Shown piece by piece: positions 27,874 through 37,001 of a DNA stretch of 64,000 nucleotides. The stretch's first letter is position 1; each line of letters opens with the position of its first letter. Source of the DNA: Treponemataceae bacterium (GTDB lineage Bacteria; Spirochaetota; Spirochaetia; Treponematales; Rectinemataceae); assembly GCA_963678065.2 (NCBI GenBank), contig CAXXVZ010000003.1, forward strand, positions 384,001-448,000. The letters are read 5' to 3'. The position numbers and the translations under genes are program-made. The notes under the pieces are model-generated. The model was not told the origin of the DNA and made no database searches. It worked only from the letters and a program-made list of their open reading frames with translations.

Positions 27874-30774
27874 GTGTTTCTGAAAAGTCTCGAAATATTC
27901 GGCTTCAAGTCCTTCGCGGACCATACACGGATAGAATTTGCGGAAGGTATCTCCGCCCTGCTTGGCCCGAACGGCTGCGGGAAGTCCAATGTGGTCGACG
28001 CGATAAAGTGGGTTGTTGGAGAACAGTCTCCGAAGAGCCTCCGTGCGGACAGCATGGAGGACATCATTTTTAACGGAACGGAGAAGCGCAAGGCTCTGTC
28101 TGTCGCCGAAGTGACTCTCACGATCTGCAACGAGAACGGCCGACTCCCCCTCGATATGCCCGAAATCTCGATCAAGCGCAGGCTCTATCGCTCCGGCGAG
28201 GGCGAGTACTTCATCAACGGGGTACAGGCCAAGCTCAAGGAAATCAGGGAACTGTTCTGGGATACCGGTATCGGTAAATCGGCCTACTCCGTCATGGAGC
28301 AGGGCAAGATCGACCAGATACTCTCCTCGAAACCGGAGGACAGGCGATACCTTTTCGAGGAAGCCGCGGGCATAACCAAACACAAAGTGCGTTCGCGCGA
28401 GGCCGAGCTCAAGCTCGAACACACGGAAGAGAACATGCGGCAGGTCGGGGGCATCCTCGGCGAGGTCAAGCGCAGTCACGATTCGCTCAAGATGCAATCG
28501 GACAAGACGGTCAAGTACAGGACTCTGCGGGACGAAATCTTCAACGCCGAACTCGATCTCCACCTCCTCAGACTTCGGCAGTTCGTCCAGGAAAAAGACA
28601 GACGGGACGCGGACATACGGGCCAAGACTCTCGCCCGCGACACCGTGAAGTCGGAGATCGACGGACTGGACGGACTTTTGCGCGAGAGCCTCGACGTGGT
28701 CAACGGCATGGAATCCACCCTCATCGGCATCCAGAAGACTGTCTATGGTCTCGCGGTGGAGCGCAACGGCAAAGAAAAGCAGCGCAAACTCCTCGAAGAG
28801 AAGGTCGGCGAGGCGAAGATCAAGATAGATCAGGCGCGTCTCCGGCACAAAACCGTCAAAGACAAGGTAGAATCCCTGCGCGAGGAAGAGGACGAGAAGA
28901 ACAGCGAACTGGCTTCGCTGAAGATTCGACTTCGGGATGTAGAAAAAAACATACAAGATTTTGATGCTGGCATCAAATCCGCCGAATTAACGGTGCGGAG
29001 CAATGAGAACTCTGTCGCCCGAGCCGAAACTGACATCAGGGAGCTCGAGGGTGGCCGCGGTGAGGCCCGACAGAGACTCGACGAGATAACCGAGGATATC
29101 GTCGCCCAGCTCGACGCGAGGCTGAGGGACTCAGGATATTCCGGCCAGGAACGCGAGTCAGCGGAGCGGAGCATAGAGGCCCTCATCGGTTCCATCCGCT
29201 CCCGGCTCTCCGGAAAGGCTGTCCTCATGGAGGATCTCGCGCGGATGACCAGCGCCCCGGCTTCTGATCTCGGAAGCATCATCGAGAAGACTAAAAGAGA
29301 CCTCGAGGAGGCGGCGGCCAAGGCTGAGGAACTCGGCGTCCGGTACGAGGACTACAAGAAGACTACTCCGTCTTTTATCGACGAGTTTCTTTCTCCGGAA
29401 GGAATTATTACCAAGAAGCGGGCTATCGACCGTGAAATCGCCGCCTGCGACGAGGGAGTGGAGGCTCGCAGGGAAAGGATAGCTGCCTGGCGCGTGGAAA
29501 ACCGAAGCCTCTCCGAGAAGGTCGAGGGATACAGGAAAACGCTCGAGGAATTGCGGGGCAACCGGATACGGATGCAGACACAAGGGACAGCGGCCGAGGA
29601 GAGCCTCGCCATGTTCCGCCGCGAGATAGCCGGGCAGGAGGCTTTCCTCCGCGAACTCGAGAACGAGATTTTCCTCGAGGAGAGGCGGCTTCTGGATTCG
29701 GAGGAGGAGCTGGAGACCCTGGACGGGGAAATCGCCGATATAGAGGCTCGCGGAAGAGCCCTGACGTCGGAGCTGGAGAAGCTCGAGGCGGACATCGCTT
29801 CGCGCAATTCCGAACTCGGAAAACGGCGCGAGGAACTCGCCAGAAAGACCGAGCGGATGTCGGCCATACAGGTCGACCTGGAACGCCTGCACCTGGGGCT
29901 GGCCCAGATCGAGACGGAAATCCGGAACGTGAAGGAGAACTTCTCCGAGCAGTATTCCCGCGATCTCGGCGAGTTCGAGGAGAGGATGTTCGAAATTCGG
30001 ACTCCCGTGACCGAGCTCAGGGACAACCTGGCCTCGCTCAGGCAGAGGCTGAAGGATCTCGGCTCGGTCAACCTCATGGCTCCGGAGGAGTACGCCGAGG
30101 TGAAGGAGCGCTACGACTTCCTCTCGGGCCAGATAGCCGATCTCGAGAAGGCGCGCCTGGATCTGAAGCGGATTACCGAAGAAATCCGCAACGAGAGCGC
30201 CGAACTCTTCCTCGCCACCTACAACAAGATCAAGAAGAATTTCCATAATATGTTCCGGAGACTCTTTGGCGGAGGACGTGGAGAGCTGCGCCTCGTCGAT
30301 CCGGACCATGTCCTTGAGTCCGGCATCGAGATATTCGCCCAGCCGCCTGGAAAGAAGCTGGAGGCTATAAGCCTCCTCTCGGGCGGGGAAAAGACCCTCA
30401 CGGCTATAGCCCTGCTCTTCGCAACGTACATGGTCAAACCTTCCCCTTTCTGTTTCCTCGACGAGATCGACGCGGCCCTCGACGAGGCCAACGTCAACCG
30501 TTTCGTCAACCTCCTGCGCGAGTTCGGAAGGACGAGCCAGTTCGTCATCATCACGCACAACAAGAAAACCGTGACGGGAGCGGGCACCCTCCTCGGTGTC
30601 ACCATGGAAGAGTCGGGTGTCACGAAGGCCATCGCCGTCAAGCTGGAGAGGTCGGGCGAGAACGTCGCATTCATGCGCGCCGTCGATGAAATCTGGGAAG
30701 AAGAGGAAGTCGCCTACGAGAAGGGCAGGGAGCTTCCTCCTGCGGACGAGGGCGGGAAGGCCTCCGCCTCATGA
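27874..30774 (+). CDS. smc: Chromosome segregation protein SMC (short form, no canonical hinge)
   Basis: GFKSFAD, GPNGCGKSN, QG Q-loop, LGSVNL.A, LSGGEK, FLDEIDAALD, ITH. Confidence 0.93.
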   Translation: MFLKSLEIFGFKSFADHTRIEFAEGISALLGPNGCGKSNVVDAIKWVVGEQSPKSLRADSMEDIIFNGTEKRKALSVAEVTLTICNENGRLPLDMPEISIKRRLYRSGEGEYFINGVQAKLKEIRELFWDTGIGKSAYSVMEQGKIDQILSSKPEDRRYLFEEAAGITKHKVRSREAELKLEHTEENMRQVGGILGEVKRSHDSLKMQSDKTVKYRTLRDEIFNAELDLHLLRLRQFVQEKDRRDADIRAKTLARDTVKSEIDGLDGLLRESLDVVNGMESTLIGIQKTVYGLAVERNGKEKQRKLLEEKVGEAKIKIDQARLRHKTVKDKVESLREEEDEKNSELASLKIRLRDVEKNIQDFDAGIKSAELTVRSNENSVARAETDIRELEGGRGEARQRLDEITEDIVAQLDARLRDSGYSGQERESAERSIEALIGSIRSRLSGKAVLMEDLARMTSAPASDLGSIIEKTKRDLEEAAAKAEELGVRYEDYKKTTPSFIDEFLSPEGIITKKRAIDREIAACDEGVEARRERIAAWRVENRSLSEKVEGYRKTLEELRGNRIRMQTQGTAAEESLAMFRREIAGQEAFLRELENEIFLEERRLLDSEEELETLDGEIADIEARGRALTSELEKLEADIASRNSELGKRREELARKTERMSAIQVDLERLHLGLAQIETEIRNVKENFSEQYSRDLGEFEERMFEIRTPVTELRDNLASLRQRLKDLGSVNLMAPEEYAEVKERYDFLSGQIADLEKARLDLKRITEEIRNESAELFLATYNKIKKNFHNMFRRLFGGGRGELRLVDPDHVLESGIEIFAQPPGKKLEAISLLSGGEKTLTAIALLFATYMVKPSPFCFLDEIDAALDEANVNRFVNLLREFGRTSQFVIITHNKKTVTGAGTLLGVTMEESGVTKAIAVKLERSGENVAFMRAVDEIWEEEEVAYEKGRELPPADEGGKASAS

Positions 30775-32120
30775 GCCGGGGTACGGATATGAGCAGGACC
30801 GTTCTTCTCTTCCGGGATGATCCCGGGCTTAGCCGACAAAAGGCGACGATCCTCTCCGCCGAAGCGACGAAGGGCGGAATCGCAGTGATCGTGGACAGGA
30901 CGATCTTCTATCCAGAGGGCGGTGGGCAACCTTGCGATTCCGGCACGATTGCCGGCAGGAAGATCCTTTCGGTCGAAGAGAGGTCGGGTCTCGTCATCCA
31001 CTTCCTCGAGCCAGGGGACCATGGTCCCGAGATGCCTGAAGCACCGACTCATTCTCCCCTGTGTCCGGGGGAGACCGTCGATCTGGTTCTCGACGGAGCG
31101 CGTCGGCGTGATTTTACGGAACAGCACAGCGCCCAGCACCTGCTTTCGGCCACCATCCTTTCGCTGTGTGGGGCCCAGACAGTATCGATGCATCTTGGGG
31201 CAGAAAAGTCGACAATAGACGTCGATATTCCTTTTCTCGAGACCTCTCTCCTCGCCGACGTGGAGAGGATTGTGAACGAGAGGATCGCGCAGGCCTTGCC
31301 TGTGCTGGTCCATCTCTGTCCACCGGATGATCCAGCCTCATTTCCTCTGCGAAAACGACCTCCCTCCGGAGAAGAAGTCATCAGGATCGTCGATATCGGA
31401 GGCATCGATTACAGCCCCTGCTGTGGCACCCATGTCGCTTCCACCCTGGAACTGCGCCTCCTCGCTATCACCGGCGCCGAAAAATACAAGGGGATGATGA
31501 GGCTGAGCTTCGTGGCTGGCGGCCGTGCGGCGAGGTATCTCTCGGCCCGCTCCGCTCTCCTTGATCAGGCCGCCGTCGGTCTCGGCGTCACCGGGACCGA
31601 GCTTCCGAAGAGAGTCGCGGGCCTCTCCCAGAGGCTTCTGGCAAGGGAATCCGATGTCGACGCCCTCCTGAAACTCGCGGCGCGCCAGCGGGTTGAACTC
31701 GATCTGGCCCGAGAGGTGGAGCTGGAAGGGGAGGGCTGCTTCGCTGCAGAATGCCCAGCTGCCTGCGCTTCGGACGAAGAATCTGCCCGCGCGGGGCGGG
31801 GTCGGACTCTCGTGCTTGATGGGCCAGGCGTAGAATCCGGCGCCACATCTGCTCTCGAGTGTTCACGAGCCTTCGCGGCCGCCGGCAGGGCGGCGATCGT
31901 CGTTTCGATTCCCGAACTCACAGTCTGCGTCGCCGCGCCCGAGGGCTTCCACCCTGGGGGACAAAGCGAGGGAACATCCTCCCTCGCGAAGCTTCTCGCT
32001 CCCCTTCTCAAGGAATCGGGAGGACGGGGCGGCGGTTCCGGCGCTTCGTTCAGGGCACGTTTTGACGACCGGGAAAGCCTTGAGCGCTTTGTCGGGGCCG
32101 CCCGTCGCGTCACGGGGTAG
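30771..32120 (+). CDS. Alanyl-tRNA editing protein (AlaX type) with a C-Ala-like tail
   Basis: FYPEGGGQPCD, HSAQH (HxxxH), CCGTH (CxxxH), GGRGGG; start could be 30789. Confidence 0.85.
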   Translation: MSRGTDMSRTVLLFRDDPGLSRQKATILSAEATKGGIAVIVDRTIFYPEGGGQPCDSGTIAGRKILSVEERSGLVIHFLEPGDHGPEMPEAPTHSPLCPGETVDLVLDGARRRDFTEQHSAQHLLSATILSLCGAQTVSMHLGAEKSTIDVDIPFLETSLLADVERIVNERIAQALPVLVHLCPPDDPASFPLRKRPPSGEEVIRIVDIGGIDYSPCCGTHVASTLELRLLAITGAEKYKGMMRLSFVAGGRAARYLSARSALLDQAAVGLGVTGTELPKRVAGLSQRLLARESDVDALLKLAARQRVELDLAREVELEGEGCFAAECPAACASDEESARAGRGRTLVLDGPGVESGATSALECSRAFAAAGRAAIVVSIPELTVCVAAPEGFHPGGQSEGTSSLAKLLAPLLKESGGRGGGSGASFRARFDDRESLERFVGAARRVTG

Positions 32121-32153
32121 ATACTCCAGGGCGCCGCCTAGGGAGCCGCCGGT

Positions 32154-33302
32154 TCAGCATTGCTTCGGACTGTTCCCCGAACCGAGATCGAGAGGGCGCC
32201 TGTTGTCCGAAAGCCGGCGCTCGAGATACTCGCGGTCGAGACCGAGGCTCGAGACAATGCGTCTGACCTGGTCGGCGGACAGAAGGTTCTGCTCGGCATA
32301 GAGATAGACGAGGGCCCGCTCGGCGATGCAGGGCACTTTGAGGGAGTTCATCTGCGCGGCGCAAGGGCTGTCGCCCTCGAGGTAGCGCGATTTGAGCGAT
32401 GAGTGAAGGCGCGATTCGACGATGTTGCCGGCGATGGCGTTGAGTTCGGCCAGGAGAGGGGCCATGTCACCCCGCGCCGCGGCCTCGCCGAGCGGCTTCA
32501 GTGTGAAATAGGTGTATTCTTTGGCCGGAAGGTAGTGGTGGGCGTCGCAGCGCGTGCAGTAGTTGGGTTCCCTGCCGTCGCGTTTCGTCCGGTCGCCTCC
32601 TATGATGATGAGGGGATCGAAATAGAGGGCCGGGCACTCCTCGCCCTCCACTGTGTAGTAGCGGTAGGTGTAGAGGGAATCCGCGAGGCATTCCGGGTGT
32701 TCGCAGTATGCGGTCAGAGGAAAGACGTCCGTGGCGTTTTCCAGGAGCAGGCGGGCCGTCTGGTTGAATATCTCGCGTCGGAAGTTGAGGACCAGGGTGG
32801 GAAGGACGAAGACGAGTCCCCGCCTCGCGGACTCGTCGGCCATGAGGTACGCTATCCTTTCGTCGTAAAATGCGGCCTCGTCGACGATCCAGGTCCCTAT
32901 GTCGGGATTCTCGGCGATGAGAGCCTCGAGCCCGAAGGAATCCCGAACCTTGCCGATACGCGAACCGCAGCGCTCATATCCTCCCCGGAATGCGAGAGCA
33001 TCGGCGGGGTACTCGGGGAATCGTGCCACATCGAGACTGGAGCGGACGACGAAGATGTTTCTGCGGTCAGCCCCCGATGTGCTCGTGGTGCGGGCGACCG
33101 TCTCCCCTTTTTTGAGGGCGACGAGACTGTCGCGCCACATGCGCGCGGAAAATTCAGTTTTTCCGGAGCCCATGGGTCCGATGACGAGTATCCGCCGTCC
33201 GGGTTTTTCAAAATCGAAATGGTTGAAGGGATGATGCACGTTCATGAGAGGAATACCCAGATTGGGCAAGAGTTTGGCCATATCGCTGGAAATGTCGTCC
33301 AT
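32154..33302 (-). CDS. tdk: Thymidine kinase (long form)
   Basis: GPMGSGKTE, VDEAAF, LNFRREIF, zinc motifs CEHPEC and YCTRCDAHH. Confidence 0.88.
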   Translation of the reverse strand: MDDISSDMAKLLPNLGIPLMNVHHPFNHFDFEKPGRRILVIGPMGSGKTEFSARMWRDSLVALKKGETVARTTSTSGADRRNIFVVRSSLDVARFPEYPADALAFRGGYERCGSRIGKVRDSFGLEALIAENPDIGTWIVDEAAFYDERIAYLMADESARRGLVFVLPTLVLNFRREIFNQTARLLLENATDVFPLTAYCEHPECLADSLYTYRYYTVEGEECPALYFDPLIIIGGDRTKRDGREPNYCTRCDAHHYLPAKEYTYFTLKPLGEAAARGDMAPLLAELNAIAGNIVESRLHSSLKSRYLEGDSPCAAQMNSLKVPCIAERALVYLYAEQNLLSADQVRRIVSSLGLDREYLERRLSDNRRPLDLGSGNSPKQC

Positions 33303-33364
33303 TGTGTACCCTTTTTCTGGAAGTGTGTACCGTGGACCTGCCGGAATCCGGAGAGGTCTTTTGT

Positions 33365-33400
33365 ACGACGATGGGGAACCCTGAAGTTCCCCATCGTCGT
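33365..33400. repeat. Perfect 15-bp inverted repeat upstream of tdk
   Basis: ACGACGATGGGGAAC-cctgaa-GTTCCCCATCGTCGT. Confidence 0.8.
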
Positions 33401-33401
33401 G

Positions 33402-34382
33402 TCAGTTTTCCTTTGGTTCTATGATCCGCCTCGAGGATATCAGCGCGCCCCCGATGCTGCTTCCCACGAGACCTGTCAGGAAAAGGCTCTGGGCCAGGGG
33501 GCCGAAAATGGAGGCGAGATACGCGGAAAGCGTTGCCCCGTTGGCGGAACTCAGGATCTGAGCCATCTCGGGCGGAAGCAGCGCGCGCAGGGCGGGCGCG
33601 CCAGGCAGATAGAGCAAGGCTCCCGCAAGCATGACGAGGACGGATGGAATCATGATGTATTTGCCCGCTCGTCTCAGCCTCTCGGCGCCCCTGCTCGATC
33701 CGAGGAAGGAGAGGGCCGCGATTATGAGTGAAGCGGCGAATGCGAGTCCCGTGGCGGCAGGTGCTGCCGAAAGTGGGTTGAACCGGATGATGCCGATGCG
33801 GCCGGTTTTCGGAACATTCGGCGTCCGTACCGGTTCCGCGAGGCTGTCCGGGATGGAAGCCAGAACCTTTTCGAAGGCGGAGCGGGTCAACTTTTCCGCC
33901 GCCGGCACTGAAATGGAGGAAGGACGGAAGCTGAGGTCGGAAGTTCCGGGAGTACCTTCTTTGACAGGCAGGGCTGCGATATAGCCCCGCGCGATGTCCG
34001 GGATGGCCAGAGCCATCCGTCTCTTGAGCGGGCGGAGATCGAGATCCACGGTATGATCGGAGGGGGCTGGGCCGAGCGCGTCGAACAGTTCGTCTACGGC
34101 CCGTCCCGCGAGATCCTTGAGTTCCGGAACAGGCAGCTTTTTCTGCAGGCCCGAGGCCAGCGCCCTGGTATCGATCCTGTAGCCGTCCTGGACGATGATG
34201 GGGTCGACGTTTTTCCAGGACAGAGGATCTGAAACGAGGGCGTAGAGCCTGTCATCGGTGAGGGCCTTTTTGTAGAAATCCTTGTCCGATACCCAGGGCT
34301 TGACGGCGAAAACGAGAAGGGCGGAGAGGGTGATCGGAAGGCCGACTGCGAGGTAGAGGATGCCGGAAAGGAACCTTCTCAC
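33402..34382 (-). CDS. Hypothetical membrane protein (N-terminal TM, soluble domain, three C-terminal TM)
   Basis: GTG overlaps the oppA stop; hydrophobic segments. Confidence 0.7.
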   Translation of the reverse strand: MRRFLSGILYLAVGLPITLSALLVFAVKPWVSDKDFYKKALTDDRLYALVSDPLSWKNVDPIIVQDGYRIDTRALASGLQKKLPVPELKDLAGRAVDELFDALGPAPSDHTVDLDLRPLKRRMALAIPDIARGYIAALPVKEGTPGTSDLSFRPSSISVPAAEKLTRSAFEKVLASIPDSLAEPVRTPNVPKTGRIGIIRFNPLSAAPAATGLAFAASLIIAALSFLGSSRGAERLRRAGKYIMIPSVLVMLAGALLYLPGAPALRALLPPEMAQILSSANGATLSAYLASIFGPLAQSLFLTGLVGSSIGGALISSRRIIEPKEN

Positions 34383-36019
34383 TGGAGAACTCCGGAGTGC
34401 CCCGCATCCGCGACGTTTGAGCTGATCTTCTGTTCGCCGAAGCGGAGGTATTTGTATGGGTGGATATCGAGCGGATTCGTATACCATCCCTCGATGTAAT
34501 CGACATCTATGACATTGATCGAGAGGCCGTGGTACATCGGCATGAGGGCCGCGCTTTCAAGCAGCTTCGTTTCGGCCTTTTTCAGCATCTCGAAGCGGTC
34601 GCCGTCCTCTGCTCCCGAAGACGAGGCGATGAGCGCGTCGTAATCCGGATCGCTGTACCCCGAGTCGTTGAGGTTCGAGTCGGAGACCCAGAGCTGGAGG
34701 AAGGCCAGGGGGTCGGCAAAATCCCCGATCCAGGTGCTCTGCGCGAGCGTGAACTCGCCTGTGCGGATACCTTTGCGCGAAACGGCGAAATAATCGGCTG
34801 ACGAGACCGTGCGAATCTTTACGGTGATGGCCGGAAGGCTCTCCCACGCTGACTTCATGAGGCCGGCCACGCGCTGGGAGTCCTTGCCGGAAGGAGCGAG
34901 GATGGTCAGGGGAGGAAGACCCTTCCCTTCGGGGAAACCAGCCTCGGAGAGGAGCGAGAGGGCTCCGGCTCGATCCTGCTTTCCGAGACCTTCGACGCCC
35001 TCGTATCCGCCGAGGGGCAGGACGAGGGTTGAGGCGGGCAGGGGGTAGCTGTCTTTTGACCGCAGCTTGTCCCAGGGAAGGAGAAGCGCGAGAGCGCGCC
35101 GGACTCTGGCGTCGTCCCAGGGTTTGACAGAGGAGGAGAAAAACCAGTAGTTCGTGGCGAAAAGAGGGTTGTAGAGGATGGCCCCACGGCTGAGAAGTGC
35201 CTCGAGATCCATCGGTCCGGCCAGCCAGTGAGCTTCTCCGTCGTCGAACATGCGGGAGGCTTCCTTCTCATCGTCGGTGAAGACGAAATCGAGTCGGGGG
35301 ATGGCCACCGAAGCTGCGTCCCAGTATCGGGCATTGGCCCTCAGTTCGAGCCTGCCCTGTGTGTAGGATTTGAATGTGTAGGGGCCGCTCGTGGGAAAGG
35401 GCAGGACCTTTGTCCAGTCCCGCACCGTGAGCATGGAGGGATGGATGGGCGCGAACGAGTGGTGACAGAGAAGGCGCGTGAACCAAGGAGCGGGGGCTAT
35501 GAGCCGGACCTCTAGTTTTTTGTCCGACAGAGCCTTGACGCCGATCTTGGAAATATCGCGGGATTTTCCCGTCCGGAATTCCTTGACTCCCCCGATAATA
35601 TCGAAGAAGGAGGAATAGTCGGCTTTTGTGACGGGGTCGATTGCCCTGAGCCAGGAATTGACGAAATCCAGCGCAAGGATGGGGCTGCCATCGGACCACG
35701 TGGCGGTATCCCGTATTTCGAATGTGTAGGTGCGTGCGTCCGCAGAGCGGACATAGGATTTGCAGAGCGCCTTCACAGGATCGAGGGTGGAGGGGTCGTA
35801 GCTGAAAAGCCCCTCGTACAGGGCGGTGAATATCTGGGCCTCGGATGTAAAGATAGACCTCTGTGGATCGAACTGGATGTCGACATCATCCAGGACCGTG
35901 ACGAAGGATTCAGGCCTTTCCTGTTCTTGCGCACAAAGAGAGATTGGCACGGAGAGCGCGGCCAATGAGGCGAACACAAAGGATACGAGAACCCTGAAGC
36001 TGTGGTATGGCTTTTTCAT
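34379..36019 (-). CDS. oppA: Peptide ABC transporter substrate-binding protein (family 5)
   Basis: Signal peptide, LYEGL, WSDGSPI.A.DF..SW, SGPY, RVRRAL, WIGDFADP. Confidence 0.88.
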   Translation of the reverse strand: MKKPYHSFRVLVSFVFASLAALSVPISLCAQEQERPESFVTVLDDVDIQFDPQRSIFTSEAQIFTALYEGLFSYDPSTLDPVKALCKSYVRSADARTYTFEIRDTATWSDGSPILALDFVNSWLRAIDPVTKADYSSFFDIIGGVKEFRTGKSRDISKIGVKALSDKKLEVRLIAPAPWFTRLLCHHSFAPIHPSMLTVRDWTKVLPFPTSGPYTFKSYTQGRLELRANARYWDAASVAIPRLDFVFTDDEKEASRMFDDGEAHWLAGPMDLEALLSRGAILYNPLFATNYWFFSSSVKPWDDARVRRALALLLPWDKLRSKDSYPLPASTLVLPLGGYEGVEGLGKQDRAGALSLLSEAGFPEGKGLPPLTILAPSGKDSQRVAGLMKSAWESLPAITVKIRTVSSADYFAVSRKGIRTGEFTLAQSTWIGDFADPLAFLQLWVSDSNLNDSGYSDPDYDALIASSSGAEDGDRFEMLKKAETKLLESAALMPMYHGLSINVIDVDYIEGWYTNPLDIHPYKYLRFGEQKISSNVADAGHSGVLQ

Positions 36020-36026
36020 CGTTTTA

Positions 36027-36055
36027 AGTATGGTTCAAAATCACCGGGAAGGCAA
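36027..36055 (-). promoter_or_regulatory. Promoter predicting a leaderless oppA mRNA
   Basis: TTGCCT-17 bp-CATACT-7 nt-ATG. Confidence 0.55.
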
Positions 36056-36182
36056 CCTGGTGCCGGCCATCCCGTGGCTCCTGCACCCGGTTCACAGGCG
36101 GCGCAGGTCTGGAAATGCGTCGCAGGATGGATATCCGGGGCTGTTTTGAATCGCCTGAGTGATTCGGGGACGATCAGAGGGC

Positions 36183-37001
36183 ATGAAATTCGTTAAAAAA
36201 CTTTTCACGGCGACCTACGCTTTGCTCGCTTCGATCGGCCTCACCTGCTGCGACGCATCCCGGATACTCCAGGTTCACGAACTCATCGTCTCTCCTCCGC
36301 CAAGACCGGAAATATGGCATGAAATTCCATACATAGAATACAGGATATACTGGAGAAATCCCGAGGGAGGAATGGAAGAGAGGCGGCTGGAGGAAAATGA
36401 GAGAGCGGTTGTCAGTGTATCGAGGGGCGTTTTTCAGTGCATGAAGATGGAAGCGATTGCGCGATTCACACCATCCGGAGAGGCATTCCGATTGCGCCCC
36501 GCCGGAATGCTGTACCCGCACGAAAGCGCCCGGAGCGGCGACAGGCTGGTGGCTTCGTGGTCGCAGGGATATATCTGCGAGGTAGACGAAGCGCTCGAGC
36601 GAGGAAGTTTCGATCCGGACGAGTTCAATCTTCCTCGAATGGAGGCGATCGTGGACGGAGCGAGCGCTGACCCTTGGTTCCGCCCCATTGCGGAGAGCGC
36701 AAAGGACTTGACCGAAGGGCGGTTCAGGCAGGACGCCTTCGCCCCAGCCCGTCAATTCCATGTGCGCCTTCCAGGACCGGGACCCTGGTACCCGGAGAGT
36801 CCGTTCGGAGAAGCGGTGGTCGAGCTGCCTGAGGCGGGATGCGAGAAGGAAACTTTCCAAAGCGAAGGAAAGAGCATGATCCCGGATTTGGGAGCAAAGT
36901 TGCCGGCCGGAATCCACGGATACTTTGGTCCCTCAGGACGGCTTCTCGTCAGGGTCGAAGAGGACGGAAGCTTTCTCTGGGTCCGGTCTTCATTCCCGTG
37001 A
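36183..37001 (+). CDS. Hypothetical lipoprotein
   Basis: MKFVKK, hydrophobic stretch and GLTC lipobox-like site; GAGG RBS. Confidence 0.65.
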   Translation: MKFVKKLFTATYALLASIGLTCCDASRILQVHELIVSPPPRPEIWHEIPYIEYRIYWRNPEGGMEERRLEENERAVVSVSRGVFQCMKMEAIARFTPSGEAFRLRPAGMLYPHESARSGDRLVASWSQGYICEVDEALERGSFDPDEFNLPRMEAIVDGASADPWFRPIAESAKDLTEGRFRQDAFAPARQFHVRLPGPGPWYPESPFGEAVVELPEAGCEKETFQSEGKSMIPDLGAKLPAGIHGYFGPSGRLLVRVEEDGSFLWVRSSFP

